From Pelagomonas calceolata (Eukaryota): a stretch of 64,000 nt of DNA. The position numbers and the translations under genes were made by a program. Where the stretch lies: positions 3,968,001 through 4,032,000 of the forward strand of contig CAKKNE010000001.1 in NCBI GenBank assembly GCA_918797485.1, in the 5' to 3' direction. The notes under the pieces are model-generated. The model was not told the DNA's origin. It saw only the letters and a program-made list of their open reading frames with translations, and did not search any database. Shown here piece after piece: positions 19,415 to 29,498 of this stretch. The stretch's first letter is position 1; every line of letters begins with the position of its first letter.

Positions 19415-20956
19415 TTACCCCCAGTCGCTCCCCGCCGGAGCGGACGACGCGTACGCGTTCGACCGGTGCTTCGGCACGAAGTCGTACGCGTCGTCGGCCT
19501 TGCCCAGCAACAAATCCGAGATCTTGACCCAGTCCCGCGAGTCGTCGGAGGCCATGAGCGTCTCGAGGTCGTTGCGTCCAATAAAAGGAGGCGGCCGTTC
19601 TTGGATGCGCTGCGGTAGCACCTCCAGCAGACCGACCGGCGTGTATCGATGCAGAAACGAGAGCCACTCCAACAAAAACCGCCGCGTCCGCGCGACTCCC
19701 CTTGAATCGCTGCCCCAGTGGTCGAGCCCGAACTTGCAGAAGTCGCGTAGTATATCTAGTCTTTCAGAAGAAGAGATGTCCCAGTCGCGTTTTTCTTTGA
19801 GCTCCGTCGGCAGCCAGGGCTTGATTAACGCCCCGCGGGCGAGCATCGCGCAGTCGCAGGTCGCCGGCGCGAGCTCTCTCTTCTCCGCATAATCTCTCCA
19901 GGAAAACACGTCGCCGTTGCCCACTATAGGTAAAGCAGGTATGGACTCGTCCTGGCACTTCGCGACCATATTTATATAACTCCAGTTCGCCGCCTTCGTG
20001 TATCGAGCCGTCCGCGACCGCCCATGGACAAACACGCAGGGCACGCTCGAAGGACCGTGCTGATTCGCCCAGTGCTGGATATACCCCGCCATCGTATGTG
20101 CCAACTTGGGCGTCTCGTCCCAGCCCGTGCGCATTTTTATGGTCAGGGGACAGTTCAGCCTCCTAAGACCATGGAAGACGATCTCCTGGACCTTCTTGCG
20201 TCGTTTCTGCAGCGCCGCGCCGCCGCCTTTCCGACATACCAACTCGATGGGACAGCCCATGTTCAGATCCACAAAGTCCACGTCGCAGTGCTCATCAATC
20301 AACTCACAGACCCGACCCATCTGGTCCCCGTGGGCGGCTGAGATTTGGACCCCGAAGCACTTCTCGTCCTTGTGGCGTCTCAGCAGAGCCCATTCGGAAG
20401 ATTGGCCATCTATCAAAGATTGGGCCAGGGCCATCTCGCCACACGTAATGTCCGCGCCGAACTTCGTCAGAATTCTTCTGAAAGGGAGGTTGCCGACAGT
20501 CGTGAGTGGTGCCACGTAGATCTTACCGTCAAAGGACACGGGTTTCCTTTCCTTGACCACCGGCTGCAGGTCGAAGGTCGTATTATCAGTAGACCGCGGC
20601 GTCAGGAAGGGCCGCTCGCGCTTTCTCAGAGCAAGCATCGCCGCGAAGGGGATGCGAGAAGTTTCGTCCTTCGCGCCCGGCGGATCCCTCAGTATTTCGT
20701 CCTTCTTGGGCTCCATCTTCTCGATCGGTCTTTTCTTGTTCTGGCCTCGTTGCGAGCCGCTGTCTTTTGGTGGGGCTTTACAAATGAAGTCTCGTTTGAC
20801 CGGTTGCATGCTTCTCGCTTTCAACTCTGAAAGCCGTTTCGCCTTTTCTTCGTCCGTTTCAGCGGGCGCGCCGGCGGGAAACTGTTTTGTTAGCGTGACG
20901 GTGCGCGTCGGCATTGCTGCCGCGGCGGCTGGCGCAGGGGCTGGAGGCTCACTCAT
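19415..20956 (-). CDS. DUS3: tRNA-dihydrouridine(47) synthase
   Basis: APLTTVGNLPFRR, TCGEMA, DLNMGCP, HGRSR, GNGD, ARGALIKPW, LEWLSFLHRY. Confidence 0.93.
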   Translation of the reverse strand: MSEPPAPAPAAAAAMPTRTVTLTKQFPAGAPAETDEEKAKRLSELKARSMQPVKRDFICKAPPKDSGSQRGQNKKRPIEKMEPKKDEILRDPPGAKDETSRIPFAAMLALRKRERPFLTPRSTDNTTFDLQPVVKERKPVSFDGKIYVAPLTTVGNLPFRRILTKFGADITCGEMALAQSLIDGQSSEWALLRRHKDEKCFGVQISAAHGDQMGRVCELIDEHCDVDFVDLNMGCPIELVCRKGGGAALQKRRKKVQEIVFHGLRRLNCPLTIKMRTGWDETPKLAHTMAGYIQHWANQHGPSSVPCVFVHGRSRTARYTKAANWSYINMVAKCQDESIPALPIVGNGDVFSWRDYAEKRELAPATCDCAMLARGALIKPWLPTELKEKRDWDISSSERLDILRDFCKFGLDHWGSDSRGVARTRRFLLEWLSFLHRYTPVGLLEVLPQRIQERPPPFIGRNDLETLMASDDSRDWVKISDLLLGKADDAYDFVPKHRSNAYASSAPAGSDWG

Positions 20957-21196
20957 GACTGCTGATGCTGCTGTGCGTCCTGCAGCACAATTTTTGCCGC
21001 GTCTGATGGTTGGTCGATGAATGCGCGTTACTCAGAGCAGTCGTGTGCTATTGCGCGGCTCTACGAGCGAGCGATTGACTCTGCTACTCGGCCTCTCCAG
21101 TTTTGCTCTCCCGCCGGCCGGCCCGCACGGAAGGCGTCCTCGAATTGCAATCAACGAGCCTTCCGAAGCTAGATCGAATCCCGCACGCATTGCGAT

Positions 21197-21220
21197 GCTA
21201 GCGTCCTGTGAGACACTAGC
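21197..21220 (+). promoter_or_regulatory. Two-CTAG element copy (GCTAGCGTCCTGTGAGACACTAGC)
   Basis: Between divergent genes 20956(-) and 21359(+). Confidence 0.65.
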
Positions 21221-21358
21221 CAGCTCGACGTACGAGGCAGCCGCAGTCGATTGTTTCGCTTGCGACAACTAAACTACGTTGCCAGATTTCGCGCCCGAGG
21301 CTGTAGTGAAGGATTATAACAAGCCACAACCGCTGGACTAGTTTCGGAGCCGTCCAAG

Positions 21359-24300
21359 ATGGCTAATGGCTGCAGCGCCGCGCTGGCCGTCATCTGGATC
21401 GCGACGTCGTCATACGCCCTGACCACGCCCGTGTCCATGGTGCTGACGCCGAGCACCGGCGGCTTGGGTGTGCAGCGCCTGCTCCCGAGCCTCAAAAATA
21501 AAGTCGCCCCGAAGGCGACGGCCCTCTGGGAAAAAACGACGACGAAAATCGAAACCATCAGAGACCGCGTCACGGGCAAGACGGAGCGAGAGCTGCAAGC
21601 GGAGCGCGAAGCGTTAATGGAGGAGGTCGAATTGCTACGAGAGAGCAACGCCATGGTCGGCCGGCTGCAGCAGAAGACGCTGGCGGACCTCGAAGCGACG
21701 AAGGCGAAAGCCGACGAGGAGATCGCGTTACTCAAACAGAACACGCTGAAGGAGCTCGAAAGTACGAAGGCCCAGGCGGAAAGGAGGGTCGAGACCGTGC
21801 GGCAAGCGGCCGCTTCTGATTTATCCGCCGCGCGCGCGGAGGCGAGGTCCCAGGTCGATTCTGTCAAAACGCGGGCGGAGGCGGAGGTGCGCGCGACGCG
21901 CGAGCGCGCCGCGGCGGCGGCGCTGAACGCGCGGTCATTGGCCAGGAGTCTGGCGGAGACGCGGCTCACGAAGCAGGCGGCCGCGAGCGAGGCGCGCCTC
22001 GTCGCGGACGCAGAAACGCGCCTCACCGAAGCTCTACAAGAGAAGGAGTCCGAGAACTATCAGCAGTTGCGCGCGGCCGAGGCGCGCGCGAGCGAGCGGC
22101 TGACGGCGCGCGAGGCGCAGCTGCGGCGCGAAGCTCAAGTCACGACGGAGGAGGCCGTGTCGATGACGACGGAGCAGTTGACAAACGAGGCCGAAGTGAC
22201 GCTGCGACGCCGCGAGGCGAAGCTCCGGGACGAGGCTCAATCACAACTGCAAGAGCAACAGAGGCGCCTCGAGGAGGCCAAGGCCAAGGCCATCTCGGAA
22301 GTTGTCGAGGAAGTCACGTCATCAGAACGCAAGTCCGCGAGACAAGCGGTCCTATCTATAGCAAGACGGGTCCGAGGCAAGGCCAGAGCCGAGGCGTCCG
22401 AAGCTGTCGCTTCTGTCAATGACGAATCAGAACGGCGCATCAAGGAGTTAAAGAAGTACAATGAACAAAGGTTGAGGGACGTCGAGTACGAGAAGGACTC
22501 GGAGATGCTGCGAGCGTTGAAATCAGCACATCAACAGAAACGCGACGAGCTCCAAAGGAAGGAAAAGGAGTTGGAGCGGGACGCTGAGCGCGCTCTGGAT
22601 GCGCAGAAGGCGTCGCTCGAAGAGGCGGCCAAATTGAGGGTGGTGGAGGCCGTGTCGGAGGCGGAATCGAGGGCGCGCGAGACGGCGCGCGGGACGCTGC
22701 TCGCCTACGCGCGTCGGAAAGCTAGAGACGCTCAAAAGCTTGTGAGAGATGCGGCGGACAATGCCGATCGTATTAGAGAGGAGGAGCAGTCGAAGGCGGC
22801 CGAGGCGCGGTCGCGGGCAATTGCTTCTGTGACGGCGGCGCAGGCTCAACTGAGAGACGAGGCCGTGTTGCAAGCGAGGCGCGAAAGTGATATGGTTGCG
22901 GAAAAGCGCATCGCTACGTTGGAACACGAGTTCCGGGAGCGGAGCCAGGCCGAGCGCGCGCGAGCCGTCGCTGACCTGCGAGAGTCATTGGAGGAGGAGA
23001 AGCGGGCCGCGGTCGCCAAGGTCGAGGCGCGCCAGCAGGAACAAAGTGACGCGGCCTTGCAGCAGCTGGAGAAGCGTCTCAGCAGAGAAACGGCCCAGAA
23101 ACTTTCAGAAAGGGACGCGGCGTCGCGAGAAATGTTAGAAAGAGCCTTAGATGGTGCCAAGAACGACGCGGAGCAGGCTTTGCTTGAGGCCAGAAAGCAG
23201 GCCGCGCGCGAGAAGGCCGAGGCCGTCGCTGATGTCGAAGAAATTGCGCGGAAGCGGCAGGACGCGCTGCGGGACGAGGCGTCGTCCCAACGAGACGCGG
23301 CCCTCAAATCTCTACAGAAGGAGCACGCCGCGGCCACGCGACGCCTCGAAGACGCGATTGAGATAGAGAAGGACGCGGCCCGGGAGACGCTGCGCGAGCG
23401 GCTCGAGGCGGCCTCGAACGAAGCGGAAGAAGCGCGCGCGCGCGCCGTCGAACGATCTTTACGCGAGGCCGCGCTCCAGCGCGACGCTGCGTTGAAAGAT
23501 GCGGCGGCCGTCACGAATAAGCTACTGGACGAGGCCGAGCGGAAACGGCAGCTAGATATCGAGGCCGCGAACGCGGCGCAAGAGCGCGCGGTCGAGGCCG
23601 CGCGGCGCGAGGCGGAAGAAGCTTTGGAACGCAAGGACGCGAATGCTCAAGCCATGCTCGAGGCGGCGGAGCAGGCCGCGGCCGAGGCCCGCGAAAATGC
23701 TGTCGCCGAGGCCGAGGTGCGCGCCGCGGAACAGCGGCGTCTTGCCGAGGAGGCCGCGGCGGCGGAGGCACAACGCCTGCGGGACGAGCTTGATGACGCG
23801 GAATTGAAGCGCGAGGCGTTGGAGGAGGAAGCTGCAGAAACCGCCGAGAAGGCGCGGGCCGCGCTCGAGGCCGCCCAGAGAGAGGCACTGGAGGCCGAGG
23901 CGGCGGCGCGCGACGAGGCTCAACGTTTATTGGAGGAGAAGGACGACGAAGCTTCACAGAAGCTCGCGGAGGCGGAAGAGCGCTCTAAACAACTGAGGGA
24001 CGAGGCGCTGCGCGAGGCGCAAGCGAAAGCGGAGCAGGAGCGCCTGTTGGCCGAGGCGAAGGCGAAGGCCGAGGCTGAAAAATTGCGGGACGAGCTCGAG
24101 GCGAGCCAGCGCGACGCGGCCGCCGAGGCTGAGTTGGCCGCGGAGGCGGCACGACAGGCGCAGGAGGCCGCACAACAACGCGTCGAGGCCGCGGAGGAGC
24201 AAGCTAGACGGGACGCCCTCGAGGCCGCTCAGAAACTGGAGGCGGCCGCCGAGGCGCAGCGTTTACGTGATGAGGAGCTAGCGAGAGAACGGGAGGCCCG

Positions 24301-25660
24301 CAAGGACCAGATATCAAAGCTCGAGGAGGAGGCGCGCTTGGAACGGGAGCGGCGCGAGGAGGCCGCGCGATTAGCTGAAGAGAAGGAGCGGCTCCTCGAA
24401 GAACAACTCGCCGAGGAAGCTCGAGCGACGGAGGCCGCCACCCTCGAAGCGCAGAAGCTCGCGGACGAAGCTAGACTTGCCGCCGAGAAGTTGGAGCAAG
24501 AAAGATTGCGGGCTGAAGAGTTGGAGAAGGCCCGGCAAGAGCTAGAAAATGATAAACTAGGCCTGACGGCGCAGCGCGAATCGCTGAAGGACGAGATCCT
24601 GGCCATGGACGCGGAGTTCGAGGACCAGACGCGAGCGCTGCAGGACGAGTCGCGGGCGGAGTTAGCCAGGCGCCAGGACGAGCTGCGCCAGAAGTTCAAG
24701 GAAAGTGAGAAAGAGAGCGTGCGCCAGGCGGTCCAGGCCGCGGAAATGAGAGGTGAAGAGCTCTCTAGACAGGCGGCGGACGTGGCGCGGGCGGAAGCTC
24801 GAAGGGCCGCGGATGTGGAATTGGCCGACGCGCGCAATGAAGCAATGAGAAGGTTAGATGAGGAGCGGTCGCGGTTGGAGGCCCAGCTTCATCAAAACGC
24901 CGTCGAGGCGAAGGAGAAATTAAGGTTGGTCGAGAGCAGCGTCGTCGAACTGGACAAGTCGCTAGCCGAGTCGACGGCGCGCGCGGCCGACGCCGAAGGG
25001 TTATCTGAAAAACTACGTTCTGATCTCGAGGCCGCCGCGGCGGCCGCTTCTAACGAAGCACAACGCGCCAAGGCCGCCGAGGATGGAGTGAAACGAGCGA
25101 CGGCGGAGCGCGACGCCGCCGCGCAACGCGCCGACGCGGCCAAGGCCGCCGCGAATAAAGCTAGAGGCGACTGGGAGGCCGAGCGCCTGCGCGGCGCGGC
25201 CCTCGAGGGCGAGATTGGAACAATGAGGGGGCAGTCGAAGGAGCTCCAGGACAAGTTGAGGCGGACGGAGCAGCGGGCCAAAGAACTGGAAAGGAAGGCG
25301 GACACGCTCGAGGGCCGGCTGGACGAGGAGCGCGCGGCCTCGGCCGAGAGTTTGGACGAGGCCGTGACGATCGTCGAGGAGTGGCAGGGCCGGGCCTACG
25401 ACGCGATGCGCCGCGTCGACGACCAAAAGGTTTTGGCAAGACGAGCGCGGGATCTGGCGCGGATGCTGCGCACCGTCGACAAGGACTCGATAGATCGGCC
25501 CCTGGACGACGGCGAGACCATCGGCGGCCTCCTCCAGGACGCCGAGGACAAGTTACTCGCGGCGCTTGTTGCCGAGGAGCGGGCCGCGCTCGAGGCCGAG
25601 GAGGCGAAGAAGAAGCCTCCGGCGCAGCCGTCCTGGCTGCCGAAGGCACCATGGGACTGA
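21359..25660 (+). CDS. Very long coiled-coil protein with signal/bipartite targeting peptide
   Basis: 1433-aa E/A/R/K-rich ORF; hydrophobic N-terminus ending SSYA-LTTP. Confidence 0.8.
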   Translation: MANGCSAALAVIWIATSSYALTTPVSMVLTPSTGGLGVQRLLPSLKNKVAPKATALWEKTTTKIETIRDRVTGKTERELQAEREALMEEVELLRESNAMVGRLQQKTLADLEATKAKADEEIALLKQNTLKELESTKAQAERRVETVRQAAASDLSAARAEARSQVDSVKTRAEAEVRATRERAAAAALNARSLARSLAETRLTKQAAASEARLVADAETRLTEALQEKESENYQQLRAAEARASERLTAREAQLRREAQVTTEEAVSMTTEQLTNEAEVTLRRREAKLRDEAQSQLQEQQRRLEEAKAKAISEVVEEVTSSERKSARQAVLSIARRVRGKARAEASEAVASVNDESERRIKELKKYNEQRLRDVEYEKDSEMLRALKSAHQQKRDELQRKEKELERDAERALDAQKASLEEAAKLRVVEAVSEAESRARETARGTLLAYARRKARDAQKLVRDAADNADRIREEEQSKAAEARSRAIASVTAAQAQLRDEAVLQARRESDMVAEKRIATLEHEFRERSQAERARAVADLRESLEEEKRAAVAKVEARQQEQSDAALQQLEKRLSRETAQKLSERDAASREMLERALDGAKNDAEQALLEARKQAAREKAEAVADVEEIARKRQDALRDEASSQRDAALKSLQKEHAAATRRLEDAIEIEKDAARETLRERLEAASNEAEEARARAVERSLREAALQRDAALKDAAAVTNKLLDEAERKRQLDIEAANAAQERAVEAARREAEEALERKDANAQAMLEAAEQAAAEARENAVAEAEVRAAEQRRLAEEAAAAEAQRLRDELDDAELKREALEEEAAETAEKARAALEAAQREALEAEAAARDEAQRLLEEKDDEASQKLAEAEERSKQLRDEALREAQAKAEQERLLAEAKAKAEAEKLRDELEASQRDAAAEAELAAEAARQAQEAAQQRVEAAEEQARRDALEAAQKLEAAAEAQRLRDEELAREREARKDQISKLEEEARLERERREEAARLAEEKERLLEEQLAEEARATEAATLEAQKLADEARLAAEKLEQERLRAEELEKARQELENDKLGLTAQRESLKDEILAMDAEFEDQTRALQDESRAELARRQDELRQKFKESEKESVRQAVQAAEMRGEELSRQAADVARAEARRAADVELADARNEAMRRLDEERSRLEAQLHQNAVEAKEKLRLVESSVVELDKSLAESTARAADAEGLSEKLRSDLEAAAAAASNEAQRAKAAEDGVKRATAERDAAAQRADAAKAAANKARGDWEAERLRGAALEGEIGTMRGQSKELQDKLRRTEQRAKELERKADTLEGRLDEERAASAESLDEAVTIVEEWQGRAYDAMRRVDDQKVLARRARDLARMLRTVDKDSIDRPLDDGETIGGLLQDAEDKLLAALVAEERAALEAEEAKKKPPAQPSWLPKAPWD

Positions 25661-25772
25661 TAGAGGTCGCGTGCAGTAATACAGAATTGTGTGGAGATGG
25701 TGGTACTTAGTCGCTCTCCCGGTGTGCGCGACGGAGAGAGCTCGCGTCAGATATCGACTTCTAATATCGACT

Positions 25773-26324
25773 CTACATCGCGAGCGCGTGCGCGCCGAGC
25801 AGGATCGGGAAGAGGACGTACACGGCGCCGTGGGCCGTGTTGCACTCGAGGTTCATCTCGGCGTTGACCGGCGCGATAATCGTGCAGATGATGGAGACGA
25901 TGAAGGACGTGTTGAAGGCGTCGTCCTCCTCCATGGCGCCGAGGCACTTGAGCATGCCGAGCCAGCCGAGGCCCGAGATGCGCGTAATGAACGTGTGGTA
26001 CTTGTCCATCTTCATCTTAAAGTTCTGCGTCATCATGAAGTCCGGGACGAGCAGCATCTGCGCGGCGTAGAGGCCGAAGACAACCTGCGATGCGTAGGCA
26101 TCAGTCGCGGCCGCGGCGGGGGCGTGCACGCGTAGGCATCAGTCGCGGCCTCGGCGGGGGCGTACGCGTGCAAGGACGCGGCACGGCGCCTTCGTGACGG
26201 TGAGCGCCTGCGACTTCTCGACCATGCCGCCGCCGCGCGGGACCTGGAGCGCCTTCATCGGCGCGGCGCGCTGCTTGAGGGCGGCGGCGGTGGAGGCGAG
26301 GAGAATGGTGCTGATGAGCTTCAT
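25773..26324 (-). CDS. Small multi-pass membrane protein with signal/transit peptide, one GC-AG intron (26085-26189)
   Basis: MKLISTILLASTAAA...VPRGG; two same-frame ORFs joined by AAG|GC...GCAG|GTT give TVTK-VVFGLYAAQ. Confidence 0.65.
26093..26168. repeat. 38-bp tandem duplication inside the intron
   Basis: CGTAGGCATCAGTCGCGGCC(G/T)CGGCGGGGGCGT... occurs twice in tandem. Confidence 0.85.
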
Positions 26325-26621
26325 GATAGATACCTGCATGGTCTCGATGCTCAAAAAAGTGAACAGTGCACGGGCGGAAATCGGCTGATATCGATGCGGA
26401 TGCGCATGGCAATGCATGAAAAGTTGGGAGTTGCGAACCAGCAATAATAGGAAGCCACACGACAATGGACGCTGTCCGGCGAGCGGTTTGTGGTGAATAA
26501 ATGGGTTGTAATTGCGGAGCTTCGGAGCCGCGGGCTATGTGCGGGTTTTTCCGGCCGGGGTCTGGCCACGCCTAAACCCTTGATTTATGGATAATAACCG
26601 ACTTTTGGAACGATCGACAAG

Positions 26622-27300
26622 TTATGACTCCGTCGTCGGCGGCGTTTCGCGGGCGCGGAGCGCGGCTCGCGCCTTTTGGAGGTCCCGCTCAATCCCGGCT
26701 GTGGCCGGGTGCGCGCCGCCGAGCACGCGCCGGGCGATCCGTGAATTCTCCTCAATCGTCGTCACGGCCTCGCGGAGATCGTCGAGTGTGGCGGCGGGAT
26801 CTCTGCAGAGCGCTTCCGCGTAAGACCCCCTCATCATGAGCGTGAGTTCATGATCCTCGCCAAGAACGCGTCGCGCCACGCGAACCTTTTCACGAAGAAA
26901 CTCCTTGACTTCTTTGAAGCGCTGTAGATTAAGCAGGGCCTGCGCGTAGTTGTTGGCTTCTATGAGGGTATCACTATGTTCGTGGCCATTGAGCTTTACA
27001 GTTGCAGAATAGACATCTCGTCGCATCTGCATGGCCTCGTCGAGCCTCCCTAGCGCTCGATACGTGCTCGCAAGATTGCTCTGCGTGACGAGCACGTCGT
27101 CTTCTGGTGCACCAAGGCGCCGCATCGTAGACAACTCGGCCTCTTTCACGGACAACGCGTCCTCGTGGTGGTTTGCGGCGCCTAGGCCGATCCCAAGCAG
27201 GTTCATCGCCATGCGCCGAATCTGGTTTGTCTCCGGCCGCCCCACATACGTCTTCCAGCACGCCCACCCGAGCGCGCACCGCACGACGCCGTAGGACGAC
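26622..27300 (-). pseudogene. 5'-truncated TPR (kinesin-light-chain-like) repeat gene
   Basis: GVVRCALGWACWKTYVGRPE...SNLASTYRALGR...RRVLGEDHELT...RRVLGGAHP; no ATG upstream of the conserved-looking block. Confidence 0.6.
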
Positions 27301-27479
27301 GGCGACGGGCTCCGCACGCCGCCCGGCGCGCGGGGGGGCGCCGGTCAATTGATTTAGGGCCTCCCCTGAGTCCCAGCACCGTAACGGAACTTCCAGTCAA
27401 TTAACTTAGGGCGTTCGGTCACGCAGCCCCCGTGGCGGGACGTGGCTAGGCGGCCTAGCTCTAAGCAAAGCAACTTAAC

Positions 27480-28694
27480 TTACACGGTGCACATCGATGC
27501 CTCGTCGAGCAGCGCCGCACACGCGGCGGCGGACGCGACGGCACCGGCGCCGGCGCGGACCGGGAGCTGTACGTAGCGGACGTCGTCAGCTACGGCCGCG
27601 GTCGAGGCGTCCGCGACTGCAGATGGAGAGGCCAGCACGTCGTCGACGGGCGAGCGCGGCACGAAGACGCTTCCCAGCGCGCGTCCGACCTGCGACGTCT
27701 CCGGCTGGCAGAGCCGCAGCGCGTTCCGCACGCAGGCGCCGTCGACGCGATCGCGCGCCTGTTCGCGCTCCTCGACGAATACCGCCACGTCCGCCAGTGC
27801 GTCGCAGGCGTCCAGCGCGCGCGTGAGCTGGGCGAGGTCGTATGTTCGCGTGCTAAACGCCGACGCCTGGTGCACACCTACCTTTCTAAGCGCGTCGACG
27901 CAGGTTTCGACCGCGGCTTCGTCGGAGGCCTGGTACGCGGTGAGGAGCCGCTGTGCCTCCAAGGCCGCCTTCCGGGACTCGAGGCTCAAGTCGCGCCACC
28001 GGGCGTCGCACTCCTGCCTAGCGTCGTCCGGGGACGGCTTCGTCGGCGCGAGGTATCTGGCGTAGATCGACGCGTGCGGCTTCTCTGGGGGCGCCTCTGC
28101 GCTGTCGAGGCCCGAGCCCTCGCCGGGTGCCGGCTTCGCGGCTTCGTTCGCGGTCGCGTCCCGCACGTGGGCTTTGAGCCTCGACGCCGCCCGCCGGTAG
28201 CGGTCGTCCGCCGCCTTGACGGCGCGGTGTGCCGCTTGGGCGCGCGTCGCGCCGTCGGACTGAGCCTTCCTCACAGCGACCCTCGCTTGTTCCAGCGGCG
28301 CCTCGACGTCGGCGGCCAATGACTTGGCTAGCGTCGCGTGCGCCGTCGACGCGGAAGCAAGCATCGCCGCCGCCGCCGCGCAGGCGCCCCGGACGCCCTT
28401 GTCAGGCCCCGCGGCGCCCTCCAACGTAGACGCGACCTTTTTCAGCCCCCGTGCGTATTGCTCCTCGACCGAGCAGAGCTCGGCGGCGGCTCGGGCGACG
28501 CGCGTTACGGCGTCGACCGTGTCGCGGGCCCGCGTTTGTGCAGGACCCACGTCGAGATGTGTTGCGTAGCACGGGCCGGGGGCGACGAGTTGTTCTGGTG
28601 CATCGACGATTGCTTCCTTTTGGTCCTCTTGGCGCATGTCGGGCACATCGTTCAATTCGATGTCGCAAACAGCCAGCGCTGCCGCGTCGGGCAT
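27480..28694 (-). CDS. F-BAR (FCH) domain protein
   Basis: SVEEQYARGLKKVA and HATLAKSLAADVEAPL helical pattern. Confidence 0.65.
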   Translation of the reverse strand: MPDAAALAVCDIELNDVPDMRQEDQKEAIVDAPEQLVAPGPCYATHLDVGPAQTRARDTVDAVTRVARAAAELCSVEEQYARGLKKVASTLEGAAGPDKGVRGACAAAAAMLASASTAHATLAKSLAADVEAPLEQARVAVRKAQSDGATRAQAAHRAVKAADDRYRRAASRLKAHVRDATANEAAKPAPGEGSGLDSAEAPPEKPHASIYARYLAPTKPSPDDARQECDARWRDLSLESRKAALEAQRLLTAYQASDEAAVETCVDALRKVGVHQASAFSTRTYDLAQLTRALDACDALADVAVFVEEREQARDRVDGACVRNALRLCQPETSQVGRALGSVFVPRSPVDDVLASPSAVADASTAAVADDVRYVQLPVRAGAGAVASAAACAALLDEASMCTV

Positions 28695-28777
28695 GGTTGC
28701 TATTGTGTGTAATTTCCACGAGGGCTGCTTCTCGAAGACGTCGCAATGGCGCGCAGAGCCGTTCGACTCGCAGAGCT

Positions 28778-28802
28778 TGCTAGTGTCTTACAAGACGCTA
28801 GC
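28778..28802 (-). promoter_or_regulatory. Two-CTAG element copy (GCTAGCGTCTTGTAAGACACTAGCA)
   Basis: In the 147-bp gap between divergent genes 28694(-) and 28842(+). Confidence 0.7.
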
Positions 28803-28841
28803 ACCAAAAAGGCTCTCGCACCCAAAAAACACTAATCACGC

Positions 28842-29483
28842 ATGCGTTTCGCAGTGATGCTTACGCTGGCGACGCGCAGCTCAGCGCTGCGTAGCATGGC
28901 ACTGCGTGCGGCTGCCACGACGAGCGCTGGAGCCCAAAAACGCGTCCTGGTGCCGATTGCGGACGGCTCGGAGGAGATCGAGACGAGCTGCATCACGGAC
29001 ACTCTCGTGCGCGCGGGTGCAGAGGTCACGGTCGCGTCCGTCGAGGCGACGACGACATGTACGATGTCGCGCGGGCTCAAAATCGTCGCCGACGCGCTCG
29101 TCACCGATGTCTCAGGCGACGACTGGGACCTCGTCGCCCTGCCGGGCGGCATGCCCGGCGCGGAGAGGTTGCGCGACAGCGACGCGCTCGACGCGATCCT
29201 GCGGAAGCAGGACGCGAGGCGAGCGCCTTTGGCGGCGGTCTGCGCGTCCCCAGCAGTGATCCTGAAGAGCAAGGGGATCCTGAGAAGCCAAGCGACCTGC
29301 TACCCCGCACCGCCCTTCGTGGAAGCGCTCGGGGACATCGCAGACGGCGACGTCGTACGCGACGGCCACATTACGACATCTCGCGGGCCCGGCACGTCCC
29401 TCAAATTCGCCCTCGATCTCGTGGACCAGCTCTATGGGCCCGAGAAGGCCGAGGAGCTGCGGGCGCAGATGCTTGTTGACTAA
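28842..29483 (+). CDS. DJ-1/ThiJ/PfpI family protein
   Basis: VLVPIADGSEEIE, LPGGMPGA, AAVCASP, TSRGPGT. Confidence 0.92.
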   Translation: MRFAVMLTLATRSSALRSMALRAAATTSAGAQKRVLVPIADGSEEIETSCITDTLVRAGAEVTVASVEATTTCTMSRGLKIVADALVTDVSGDDWDLVALPGGMPGAERLRDSDALDAILRKQDARRAPLAAVCASPAVILKSKGILRSQATCYPAPPFVEALGDIADGDVVRDGHITTSRGPGTSLKFALDLVDQLYGPEKAEELRAQMLVD

Positions 29484-29498
29484 GAAACAATGGTTAGA

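Noticed and set aside
26570..27412. CCTAAA and TTAGGG hexamers as telomeric repeats
   Set aside because: Single units only, no array.
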